Made by a program: the position numbers and the translations under genes. A stretch of 64,000 nt of DNA from NCBI GenBank assembly GCA_976226885.1, contig OZ320316.1, positions 31,620,001 through 31,684,000 of the forward strand, read 5' to 3'. The DNA comes from Iphione sp. A-MEVVRFRX5 (Eukaryota). Positions 25,408 to 37,139 of this stretch are shown in pieces (position 1 is the first letter of the stretch; the number at the start of each line of letters is the position of its first letter). The notes beneath the pieces are model-generated. The model was not told the origin of the DNA and searched no databases. It saw only the letters and a program-made list of their open reading frames with translations.

Positions 25408-26330
25408 GTAAGTGCATGTACGCGTAGGTATAAAGAACTTGTGGGAAATAAAGAGGGAAGTCAAGGCAGACTAAGTTATCTAAAGCACACAAAAAGAACC
25501 TATTAGACTGTATTTCCATGAGTGTGTGCATGTGGGATGCGTGCGGAGAAAAATCATATGTGAAAAAACTAGTGTATTTTCGTTAGTTTATGCATACAGG
25601 GTGTGTTTGGGGTGCTTGCATTTTCAGTTGGGCCAGAAGATAAGGCTAGAAGCAGATTAGGATATGCTTGAACATATGTAAATCAGCTTAATTTGCATAA
25701 TATAATTTGCATAAACAAACACAACCATCGCCTAGCATTAGTATTCCTATCCTTTTGGAGTTTTTGGAAAGTCCGACATGTTTCCTTCATTCTATCAATG
25801 CATTTTCAAGACTCTGTAATAAAAAGGTTGTGTCTGATTGATTATGAAGAAGAGAAAACAAACGGGTATGTACCTCAAAGCCGCAACATTATTGCCTGAT
25901 TTCTTGTAACTGTGATGTTGGACGTTCACTCATACAGGATGAAACCGATGGCTCAATTTACATTGTCATGGACCAATTTCAAGACATTTGTGCAAAATGA
26001 TTACACAAGTTGCACAATTATGGATCTATTTACATGGGTGAGAGGAGGAGGTAGGAGGAAAGAGAAGGAGAGAGAGAAAACGCATGTTTCATGGTAACAC
26101 CCCATGTGGTAGGATGCGGTAAAAACTGATGTTTCCTGCACGTTATGCATGAAACCCAAACCGCACTTATGGAAACAACCTCAGTCAAATTTTGAGGGAA
26201 GAAGCCATAAGAAATATTCATACGCAAAGTACATGTACAAATTATACGATTTCAGCCAGAAAATATTTCAGTAAATTCAACTGCCCCCCGCCCCACCAGT
26301 AAATATAAGAATGTACTCTCTTCCCCTTAG

Positions 26331-26546
26331 AGCCATGTTGACGTGGCGTTCGTCGTCAAGCCAAGTACAAACCCTGGCGAGACGCTGGAGAAGCTGTGTG
26401 GGGAGCTACGCGCGAAGATGTTGGTTGTGGGCCGGCAGGGTACCAGTCGATCACAAGGGCGCTGGAAGGACACCATGGGCGGCCTGGCACGACACTTGGT
26501 GGAAAAGGCTCCAACTGCTGTCTTAGTGTGTCCTTACAATGTGTAG
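26331..26546 (+). CDS. USP exon 4 (terminal)
   Basis: ttccccttAG|; SHVDVAFVVKPSTNPGETLEKLCGELRAKMLVVGRQG...LARHLVEKAPTAVLVCP matches the USP C-terminal half (P-x-x-x-I...D-L-I-V-M-G-x-R-G...A-x-C-P-V-L-V-V). The four exons total 489 nt, 162 aa. Confidence 0.92.
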   Translation, partial: SHVDVAFVVKPSTNPGETLEKLCGELRAKMLVVGRQGTSRSQGRWKDTMGGLARHLVEKAPTAVLVCPYNV

Positions 26547-27640
26547 AAGCGCAAGTGTGTTTACATGCGGACGATACATAAGTTGTGTACGAATGCAAAT
26601 ATGTGAATCTCGCCTAACTTACCACGATTCTCTACTCGGTAGTGAAAAACCGGGGTGAAATGCTTTGCTCAATCTGGACAGGAAAGCAGCGCCTCTGACT
26701 AAAGTCCCTCGGGGGAGTGAGATGGTCTGTGGTAACTGGGATTGTCATAATTTGTGGTTGGTCGTAGTAGATAGCGGAGGAATAGATCCTGAGAGGTGAC
26801 CACAAAAATTCCCTCAAAACGGACATATAAAACGGGTACATGGACATATTATAAGTGCACAGTGCTCGCTTTGGCAACACTGCTTGGTGCCAAGTAATCC
26901 TGCCTGCAAATGGTGAGATGTTGCAATAATTGGGGATGTGTCTATTCGAGGGTATCATCCTGAATCGAACAAAAATGCCAGGGAAACATAAGGGTACTGC
27001 TATCGTGAGGTGCTCGAATAGCAATAGGTTATCTATTATTCATTCAAGGAAAGGAGATGTCAGTTGCAGGGAAAATATGTATTGTAGGTGTAAATTAGCT
27101 TAGGTTGGTGTCACTCGGCAACATCAGTCACATTTTGCTTGGAAGTTCTTCATTGCCCTGGTTTCCAAAGCAATTTGTTTTTTCTGAACTGTTCACTGTA
27201 TCTCCTTGAGGCTACATCTCCATGTGCACGTGTGTGCATGGGCGTGATAGCATGTTTTCAGTGTGTTTTTTAGGAACAATGTTAACAGGAGGAGTGTATT
27301 CTTGGAGTGGGATAAGTGTCATTGCACTCGTGCTTTGACTTATATGGGACAGGGTACTTGCATTGGAGGTGAAAGGTGGTGGACTTGTCTCTTTGAGCTA
27401 ATGTAAAGTTTAGTCTAACAATAATTATTTGGCATTAATTCCAAAGCTAATTCTGACATAATGATGAATATACATGTAGAACTACCTTTAGATGAAGTGC
27501 CTATGTCAAAATAATCATTAGTTTATGTGCATCAGGTCTTAAAGTGTACATTAGGATATGCAGAAACTCCCCAATTATCACCCACTCTTCACCTCTGCAT
27601 TATTTTTACTGAAGTACAAGCGCCTACGGCGCCTGTCTTA

Positions 27641-27880
27641 TCAGGCGGAGGGATAGTATTTTACAGCCTTCCTTTCTGCTTGAGTGGACACAGGTGCATT
27701 GATACTAAATCTCGTAAAACCACAGGGCCACATATGTCAGCCACCATGGCCGGACTACTTTCAGGCGGAGGGATAGTATTTTACAGCCTTCCTTTCTGCT
27801 TGAGTGGACACAGGCGCATTGATACTAAATCTCATAAAACCACAGGGCCACATATGTCAGCCACCATGGCCGGACTACTT
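27641..27880. repeat. Direct tandem duplication, 2 x 120 bp
   Basis: 27641-27760 and 27761-27880 differ at only two positions seen (ggtgcatt/ggcgcatt, cgtaaa/cataaa). Confidence 0.95.
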
Positions 27881-29077
27881 TCGGGCAACGTTTTATATAG
27901 GTAGTGTAACAAAGTTTAGAAAGGTATTTAAATCTATACACTAATTTAGTTCTTTAGCTTATCAATCAAACTATGAATTGAGTACAGTGACCCCATATAA
28001 TACCATAGAAATATGTATGAATACTGGGTTGACAACTCTTTGTTTACACTTTACTCACCAAAAGTACCTGGATTCCCCACTCCAAGAATCCATGTGCGCA
28101 TGCACCATGTAGCATGTGACATGTCTGTGTGCACTGTCTTTCGAAAAATGGGAAAGTGAGAGTAAAAAGGCTTTGTTAGCTATGTTTCCCGCAGAAAAGG
28201 AGATGGTTCTTCAGATTTGCTCACTTTTCCTCACTCATCCTCATCAGTCTTTTCATTTTTTTGACTGACTTTCCATGAAATTCACTGTTTTTGGCCTTGC
28301 TCCTATGAAATTCACCGGTTTACAGCCAAATTACCATGTACATGTAATTCACCATTTATTGGCTGAATTTTGATGAAATGTGCCATTTTCCACCATTTTT
28401 TGGATGTGTTTGCCTGATATTTGCCTCTTTCAGGCAAATTTTCTTGATTTTTGCCTTATTGCTACTATTTTCGTTGCTTCCAAAGTGGAAAACATGGTGT
28501 ACATATTATGCTACCACTGTGAATGGTGTTTATATAGTGGTTATAGGAATAACTTTCTGCAGTGGAGGAACACAGTCCACACCAACATGCTTACATGGAA
28601 ATTTAGCCTAAACAGGACACTTTACATCTTCAAACGAGCTGTGATACATTTATGATATACTTAAAATAAATTATATTTCCAAAGTAGGAATCACAAACAC
28701 ATGACAGGTTTCACAAAATGGCATAAACATACTAAATGAAGCATTTATTTAGATATTGGACACAATGTATTCTACTCACCTTGTCAACAGTGTGACGCTT
28801 AGGGTGACGCATTGGTAACATACAGCATCATTGGAATCATTTGGGTAACAACCATCATTCAAGTTTTTTTCTTTTGTTGAATAAAGCTTAGATTTGGATG
28901 TAAACCTCCCAATTTACTGTGTTTGTTAGTTTTTTCAATATGTACAAAAATCCTTGTTACAGGTTATTAAGCCTGAACTTCCCTAGACATGTATGTATTG
29001 TATGTGTTTTCATGCCCATATTTTTATGGGCATGTGGAAAAGGGCAAATCTCATGAAAATTTAGTTGAAAAAGTGGG

Positions 29078-29345
29078 TGGGGAGTTAGCTCAGTGGTAGA
29101 GCACTGGTCCACTGATTGAGAGGTGGCAGGATCAATCCCGGGCTTGGAACTTTTGATCATGACCAAACAGATTTACTGTAGCCCCAACCAAGAGTGGTGC
29201 TCCACAACTCGTTAAAAGGCCGTGGGTGTATAGGATTCTGTCCCCTATGCATAAAAAGACCTCAGAAACCTATTCGAAATAAGAGTAGGGGACAACCCCG
29301 GGTATTCTGGTCTCTCAATTCTCAACAATAGATGGTAGTATGCTA
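29078..29345 (+). mobile_element. tRNA-derived SINE (possibly carrying a Meta-type core)
   Basis: A box TAGCTCAGTGG, degenerate B box GGATCAATCC, no proper cloverleaf; body AAAAGGCCGTGG...TGCATAAAAAGACC...ATTCGAAATAAGAGTAG resembles my recollection of the MetaSINE core. Confidence 0.65.
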
Positions 29346-30014
29346 CCCCAGGAGGATATCTAAGAACTCTGTCATGTGATAGAGAATATCTAGTTCCTGG
29401 TTAAAGATACGATGAAAATGAAATGAAATGAAAATGGAAGAAAACATAATTTCATGGAAATTTTGTGAGAAAAAACAAAATTCAAGGAAATTCAGCCAAG
29501 ACCTGAATATTTCATGGAAATTCATTCAAGAAATGGCAAAATGCCAAAAAAAACAAAACAAAACTGATGATGAAAAGTGAGGAAATGTGCGCGAAAATGT
29601 TCTTTTTTGCACAAAATATAGCTAACAAGGCTTTGTCACTTTCACTTTTACTTTACTGCTTTACAAAACATGCATCGTGACACTATGAATACTGGGAACT
29701 TTCCCAATCCCCAAACAAGCATATACACCCTTGAAAACATGCGACATGTGACACACATGTAAGGAACAACTCCTTGTGTTAATAATAGTTCCCCAAAATA
29801 CGTGGTGTTACAGCCGTAAAAACATGTGCCTAAGGAAATTCAGCCTAAGTAACAATTAAATAGCTGCTTTTCTTAATGTCGCTATTAATATTGACTTATC
29901 GGTACATTCTTCTCAATAGAAGAATTATATTAATCTATGTGATTTAATACTCTGTTCACAAAACTTTTGCTGGTCAGTATTTGTGAAAATAATTTCTCGG
30001 ATACAGAACTACTA

Positions 30015-30191
30015 CAGTGGAACCTCTCTACAATGGACAGCAAAGGGACTGGCCAAAAACTGTCCATAAAGAGGGGTGTCCTTTATAGCAGGGTTATTTA
30101 AACATGATTATATAGAGTTGGTTCCTCTCCAGTCTGTCCATAGTGAGGGGTGTCCTTTGTAGAGGGTGTCCTTTGTAGAGGGGTTCCACTG
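30015..30191. mobile_element. Tc1/mariner (pogo-type) MITE, 177 bp
   Basis: TA|CAGTGGAACCTCTCTACAA ... TTGTAGAGGGGTTCCACTG|TA: 19-bp TIR with 1 mismatch and TA duplication. Confidence 0.85.
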
Positions 30192-31465
30192 TATATATAC
30201 TGCCATGACAAAATTTGTGAGAAGATTTCATTCATTTTTCAAAAGTCTAACCATCAAAGTGTCGCAGTATGTACATATGAACAGACCTAGGCGACACCTT
30301 TTAAGTCTCCGTGCATTGATTCACTCATGCATGTACTTAGATCAGCCATGCAGGTTGTGTCTTGACTTCAGGTTGCACTACTTTTTCGTCTCCATGAACA
30401 ATACAAGACATAACATATTGTGGTGAACAGCAGAAAATACTGGAGCAGTGGCTCGGTAAGGTGGATACGGATTTTGGAATATGAAGAGTATTTTATGAAA
30501 TTTTGCTTGTCACTGTATGTATAAACCAAAAGTTAGTTTTATTGGTCGCCATTTGACCTGTTGCTGAGAGTAGACAGTATGTATTCCTTACTTGTCTTTC
30601 TGCAGTCCTTTTTTTTCATAAAGCCAAAGTAATCTTGTTTGATTGGTCCTATGGTCTTTCGTTTTTTTAAACAAAATCTTATATATATATATATATTTCC
30701 CTTAAACAGTTGTGCTAACCCAGGCTAACTTTGAGCGGCAGAATGTGCACTGGAGCGTCCATCATGGTATATTCTCACTACTGTATAACATCCTGGGAGA
30801 TGGCCTCCTACTGGAAATGTTAGCTTTGATATTCTCATACAGATTCTCACTGGCTCAAGTGGCTAACCTGTATACACCCTTGAACATACACTAAAACACC
30901 CACAGTTAAATGTATCAAAACGTATGACATTGAAATTTTTCTTCTGAGTTCAATGGTTTTCCACCAGGAGGTGCATTTATGCTGACAAAAGTTATCCATC
31001 TCAAGAAGGGAATTGGTACTCGACTGGCAAACGTTCCGCTGCATCTTTTCCTCGATGTTGTTACTCATTTCTCTACAAGCTGAGCAAATACTGCGTGTGA
31101 GGTGCAACTTGTCTCTACAAGTCTGCAGCTAAAATACAGAATCGAACTATACGAACCAGATTCTTGTGAACAATCTATGGCTTGCCTGGTTTTATTTCCC
31201 GAATAAAGCGGCGCCATCTACATTGAAGTGAATGTAACATCCACACCCTGGTGGATGTTTTCAGAAACAGGCTTCACTGGATCGTTGCTTTGATTTAATT
31301 TCTTTATTGAGGATCCGATTCACCCTCACGGGTGCTTTTCAATAGACACTCAGCCATAACACAGCTTCATTTCGTTATTTGTCAGTTTCACTTACAACAT
31401 ACTGTTTCTTTGAATCACAAGAGAATGTGCTTGAAAGTCCATTCCACAACATGATGCCTTGGTAA

Positions 31466-31810
31466 GGCCCGGTTTCCAACATGTGTGGCCGTGTATGTGC
31501 AATTTATGTGCATGTTCATGCATGCTTTTTTACATGCACTCTCATGCACAGGGGTGTCCTTCACCATCCATGAAGGACAGTGCATAAAAAGGTATGAAAT
31601 ATGAAGAAATCACAGTGCGTGGCCATGTGTGTGCATGGAATTATCGAGCATGCACCAAAATATGATCCATGCATGCTGTGCACACACTTATGCACATGCA
31701 TGTCTATGTACTTATAGAAATCAGTACATTAAATACAGTGTGATTGATTAATATGCACGTGTAAATATGCCCATGCATACAGATGGTTATGCATTTATGG
31801 AAACCGGGCC
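31466..31810. mobile_element. Harbinger-type MITE family B
   Basis: TAA|GGCCCGGTTTCCA ... TGGAAACCGGGCC|TAA: perfect 13-bp TIR and 3-bp target duplication. Confidence 0.85.
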
Positions 31811-33164
31811 TAAAGGAAACATGTCTGGAAACAGTCCTTCACAGGTCTTTCAACATTCAATTTTAGTTGATGCCTCCTACTAATACGTAAATGTATAGTT
31901 CTTAATAAAATGGAAAAAGGACACATGAAATGTTCTAGGAAGAGAATGAACTGGGGAAAAAACGTGTGGAACAGTGGCGTAGACAGAACGAAGGAGAGAT
32001 TTTGATTGAAGAAAGATATAAATATACTGTTTGGGAGCTGTTATTGGGATGTACATGGCAACTCTTGCGGACAGCCTAAGGAAAGGGGATGACATGTCCC
32101 TGGAGCCAGAAAAGGGACGCCATTACCAAGTGCAGCTTTATCAAGCTAAGTTTCATATGAAGCTTAGCTTGATCAAGCTTTCCCACATTCTGCTTGTAAG
32201 AGCTGGACTTGTCAAACGTCTCCCACGTGGAGGGTTCGTGGTAGTGGTAGGAGACGTTTCATATCTCATGGTTTTTCTAATTTTGTCCTTATTTTAATTG
32301 CTTCCACATGGTTACCAGATGTATTCATTGTTGGCTACTATGCAATCAGTGTGCAGATGCGGAGAAAATCCGTGTGTTAGAGTCAAGTTATCTTCTTAGT
32401 GATGGTAATCAGGTGTTACTCATTGACTGTAGGGTCATCTTCCTCTCCTTTACCACCTTCATAAGGAATTTATTTGTATGTTTGTTTTCACCATATGTGT
32501 GGTAACTTCCACCATTGTATTGGGGATCCTGGTGCCAAGAGGGCAGTATGCGTGTGTGAACACTTGGGGTTCCCTCTCCATTGCTTCATGTGTGTCTACC
32601 CTGTTCAATAGTGACATAGTTCAAGGATCTATGCTTAGCTGTATATTCTGTTGGAGAGGCAAAAAGGTCCAGTTACTGTGGTTTTGACCTTTATAGTCTC
32701 ATCAGGTACCAAGGGGTTATTGTCATATGGATATTTATGTCCAAAAGTAGGGGTGATGGGACAAGTTTGTCGTGGCCACTGCTTAGCAGTCAGAAACAGG
32801 TGGGATAGTGGTCCAGTGGTTTTCATTTAATGTCCTATGATAAATTCTCGACTGGAGCCACCTGATAGACCTCCATGCTAAACCACCCAAGTAGATGTAT
32901 ATCCCTTTGTAGGAAGGTGGGTGGAGAGATGAAAGGGTCTCCACCTGTGAAACACTGTATTGGTCAGGTCCTCTCCATGTATTGGTATATGTATGAATAA
33001 ACTGGAGAAGATGTGTTTGGTCATATTGACCCTTGCTGTGAGTTGAACCCTCCTCCTAGACCCTGGAATGTGTACACCCTTGCCATAGAAATATATCATT
33101 TTTTGTAACGTGACTAGGTATCCATAAAATGTGGGTAAAGGAAGAGTTATAGTCAAATTTTGAT

Positions 33165-34010
33165 GCTATGGCATTCATGCCCTGTGGGACAGTGAATGTA
33201 GTTGGTAAATCCCCATGAATTCAAGCTTTTGTCTCAGTTTTGTGGTATGATGCTTGTCTGGATGACTGTGTATAAAGTTCACTGCATGTGATGTAACATC
33301 CTAAGCCCTGGTGTGTGCCTTCAGTAAAATTGGTGGCAACCAAGTGAGTGTGTAACTTGTGAGTGATGTAGAAATGTGTTGCCATGCAGTCTTGCAGTCT
33401 GTTTTTAGGCCAAAAGAAAAAATAGGTGTGCTTCTGGTAACCCACCCCTACCTACTAAAACCTTACCCCACCTAAAACTTTTTTGGCCCCAAAGAGTTTC
33501 CAAGGTTGAATTTCCTTATATACATGTTTTCACGACACATGTTTTTGGTAAATTTAGTAGAAAAACAACAAAATCCATGAAAATTCAGCAAAGAACTGTA
33601 AAACTCATGCAAATTGTTCAGAATTCTTCATATTATCTTTATTACCTATTGAAAACCGAAGGAAAAAAGTGAAAAAATATTTTTTAAAAAGTTACCCCCT
33701 CCCTACCTAGGTTTTTTGTGTGGTTGTTACCAGAAACACACCTTTTTTTTGGCCTTAGTAAGTCCTACATATTGCTTGCCAGATCATTTGTATGTAATGC
33801 AGTCATTAGGTTGGAGCTCTTGCAGGTGACATTAAACTTAGCATTGTATGAGCGACCCATGGTCTTGCTCCTAAGCCTTCCTGTTTTGCCCAGTTTGGTA
33901 CAGTATCGACATAAATCATGATGACAGACACATCTTGGTGAATGTCTGTTAGAATCTGTGTTTGGAGTGGTCTCCTGTGGTGCCAAGGTAGGAAAGTTCG
34001 GCTTGTGACA
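33165..34010 (-). mobile_element. Decayed Penelope-like retroelement, GIY-YIG endonuclease region, interrupted by a MITE
   Basis: With frameshifts reads LCRYCTKLGKTGRLRSKTMGRSYNAKFNVTCKSSNL-(CIT.K..GKQYVGLT)|KNRLQDCMATHFYI...LEFMGIYQLH...PQGMN, the known Penelope endonuclease pattern (TCxSxNLIYxIxCxxCxxQYVGxT ... RLxxRxxxH ... WIxxLxTxxPxGLN). Confidence 0.85.
33408..33754. mobile_element. Harbinger-type MITE family A, copy 1
   Basis: TTA|GGCCAAAA...AGGTGTG(C/T)TTCTGGTAAC ... GTTACCAGAAACACACCTTTTTTTTGGCC|TTA; internal sequence shared with the copies at 37140 and 45612. Confidence 0.9.
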
Positions 34011-34551
34011 AATTTCACTTTATTTTTCCTTGATTAACGTTTGGTTACAAAATCTGTGTTTCCATCATCAGTATGCGCTTTGCGGAATGATATTAGCAGG
34101 AATGTGGAAGAGTCTGAGGCAAAGGTCAAAGAGAATGGAACGAACAAATCGATAATAATACTTTCCGGTCGTTACACGTGCCCAAATGTACCATGTACGT
34201 CATGACACGTAACTTCATCGTTGCTGCTGCTGGCGTCATGCAGTGATGATGTAATAAATAATTAGGGAAGACAATGAATGTAAATCACAGACCTCAGCAT
34301 GCATGGTACCTAACACATTTCATCATGTGCACGTCCACCAAACATCCACCAAACACGGGCCAAACCCGCCATCCTGTCGCCGTGTCAGATACTGTTTGCA
34401 ATGTATTGTTTCGTAGCGTGTCCATCTTGTAGCAATTAGAGCCGTTATACGACATTAATAAAAACCTCAAGCCACACACACACACACACACACTCATACT
34501 GATATAGTGGAGATGAGGAAAGGGATAGAAAAAGAGAGAACTGAAGATGAT

Positions 34552-34681
34552 NNNNNNNNNNNNNNNNNNNNNNNNNNNNNNNNNNNNNNNNNNNNNNNNN
34601 NNNNNNNNNNNNNNNNNNNNNNNNNNNNNNNNNNNNNNNNNNNNNNNNNNNNNNNNNNNNNNNNNNNNNNNNNNNNNNNNN
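34552..34681. other. Assembly gap (N run)
   Basis: 130 N. Confidence 1.
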
Positions 34682-35587
34682 TGCCAGTATAAAAAACCTT
34701 AAAAATAAAACACGTATAATACCTGAATCAATAGAGTTTCCAATTATTACATGTATATAATGGTAAACTCTTCATTGAAGCAGATATCTCTTGCACACAC
34801 TACTGAGAGAGTTTCGCTTTGTCCGTTCAGCCCGCCGAAGCCGGGACCTAAAACCTTGTAAACACTTTAAGGTGATTTTCAATCTGTGTGTATGTATATG
34901 TGTGTGCGTGCGTGCGCCTATGCACGGCTTTATTTAAGTGTTAGTTAAACCCAAGAAAATCCCCTGAGCCCCCCACCCACCCGCCGCGATGCATTGTCTT
35001 TTCCTTCAAATAAGCGATCAATTAACGAATCGTTTAGCGATTTGGAATCAAGGATGGCGACAGGTGGGGAGGAGGCACGGAAAGTGTGGGAACATGAGAG
35101 GGAATGAGGTCGGGACAACAGTCCATCTGAGAAAAAATATAAATGTACAGTATATATGTACATGTGTATTCCTTCTTTATATTATGCAAAACTGTTGGTA
35201 GCCTTTTAAAGCGGGAATAAAATATAAAAAGAGCCAGTGAACAGTGCGACAAACATAGCGGGACCAAGAAAAGAGCTGAAAAGAATAAAGAATGGAGGCA
35301 TTAAAAAGAGAAGGCATTGTAGAGACAGAGAAAAGGATGAAACGATATAAACAAGAAAATACATGTATAGAAGGAGTGAAATGAGAGAAGACATGGCAGA
35401 CAAATGGAAGTGATGAATAGGGTAAACAGGTGGCGCAAAGTATGAAGTAACTATATCTACTTGTCCATGATGAAGTCCAATGTAAACTGACTAAATTCAC
35501 TTCCAGGTACACAGTAAATGAATTGTTTGTATCATGTAATTTCTCCGGTTATAACATTGTGTCTATTTAGGTAAAATGTGTAGAAAC

Positions 35588-35715
35588 NNNNNNNNNNNNN
35601 NNNNNNNNNNNNNNNNNNNNNNNNNNNNNNNNNNNNNNNNNNNNNNNNNNNNNNNNNNNNNNNNNNNNNNNNNNNNNNNNNNNNNNNNNNNNNNNNNNNN
35701 NNNNNNNNNNNNNNN
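35588..35715. other. Assembly gap (N run)
   Basis: 128 N. Confidence 1.
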
Positions 35716-36717
35716 ACGAACAAAGCAAGGGATTGGGAGCTAGCAACGGGTATTATAATTTAGACATAGGTATGGAAATGAACACGTACAAAGTCCCACA
35801 ACATTACATTAATTAGTAATTTGTGTCCAATCTTTCCAGCATCATTCGCTCTGGATGAGAAGGTGGTTGACGGTCGGTTCCTGGCATGCATTGTGGTGGT
35901 ATGCGGGTATGCCCTGGGTCTTCCGTAAGAGCATGCAGCTGTTAAACAAAAGACAAACAGTGAAGGGTTTAAAACAAAAGAACAAGCGATGGTGGGATTA
36001 AACAACGCGTCAACGCAAACGCGAAAAGGACAGGAGTGGATGGAGTGCATTAGAAAGGTATGGACGGGTGGGTGGGTTAAGTTGGGGGGCGGGGGGAGGA
36101 GCTGTGTTAACACCTCCGCGAAGTGAGGACACTAGCGCCTCCACAGCTTGGTCACGCGCGATCGTCCCCACATGCATGCGCACCCTGACGTTATGATTCT
36201 GGTGTTAGCACCTCATGCACGTGTGGTGTAGGTTGCATACAGACAAATATATTCCCACAATATTCACGGTCTAGGATCCCGTTGTATATGTCTTCTTTCC
36301 ATCCTTCTCCTATGTGTCTATCTCTTTTCTTTCACCCGTTTTTACTCTCTCGTGGGAGAACTCATTCAAAAATGCACCGACACATGTGTTTAGCCATGTG
36401 AGCCTCAGCCTCCCACTCGTCACGCCTCACTTCACCGACGCACGGCCCGTTCCATTCCACTGCACACATACACGTACACATACCCTCTTCGTGTGCAGTT
36501 GGCGGCAGTATGATATAGTGATATGCCACCAGAGGGAGTTCCCATGGACGAGAAGAACGGTCAAGGTCGCACTGACCTCTACAATTGCAATCGGCTTCGA
36601 TGACCCCGTCAGGACGTGGACTTCTACCTTAGTGAATTGCAATCGTGTATATCAAGACCTGTTGGACACACTACGGATTACGTTTGCTGGTTGCTGAGAT
36701 CGCCAGTGCAGGATAGC

Positions 36718-36742
36718 ATGTTAGGTGTGGACCAGCTGCCAG
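36718..36742 (+). CDS. Homeobox gene, probable first coding segment (3' end of exon 36499-36742)
   Basis: Strong donor ccaG|GTgagt at 36742, phase 1, joining acceptor 38971 to give MLGVDQLPD-MADLVQ in frame. Acceptor cttcgtgtgcAG| at 36498. Translation could instead start at 38973. Confidence 0.5.
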
Positions 36743-37139
36743 GTGAGTGATCCTTTTACCAGTTATTATCTGTGTTTTCGTACACGGGTTAAAAAGAAGA
36801 CAGTCCCTCGCACCCCATTGCTTCAAGTGAGGAGCAGTATAGACTTGATATCAGGGGGATGAGTATAGTTTTCTTCAAGCTTATGCTAACGTTGGGAATG
36901 AGACACCAGAGCCGAAACGCGTCCCTCTAACTCAGCCAATGACCATAAAAATCCCGTATGAATAAAATGTTTCGAGGTAACCTGTGAATTGCTTTTAGTT
37001 GATATCTTTGTCGAAATGTTCCACTGGGTTTCCAGCAATCCCCCCTGTCTATTTAGATGCTAACACTTTCAACCCCTTTCAGTCACACCACATAAATTAA
37101 AGTAATTCCTATGGTGATAAAATACACACACATATATAT

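Noticed and set aside
26826-26880. GTGCTCGCTTTGGCAACAC, similar to the U6 snRNA 5' hairpin, with TATAAAA about 30 nt upstream
   Set aside because: Similarity ends after 19 nt; no ACAGAGA box or other U6 core follows. Chance match or tiny relic.
28780-28912. Minus-strand segment ending in AAG|GTGAGT that encodes ...DAVCYQCVTL (Ly6-like CYQC)
   Set aside because: No start codon or acceptor in frame and no further cysteine-pattern exons found.
29078-29150. tRNA gene
   Set aside because: A and B boxes are present but the acceptor and anticodon stems do not pair; better explained as a SINE head.
30372-30894. Apparent exon pair 30372-30455 and 30710 onward with good splice sites
   Set aside because: The first exon has stops in all three frames and the peptide is unrecognisable; could be non-coding or pseudogene exons but cannot be supported.
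34040-34075. Second CTGATGA...GAAAC hammerhead-like motif on the minus strand
   Set aside because: Only 2 nt separate the core halves, so there is no stem II, and no stem I complement was found.
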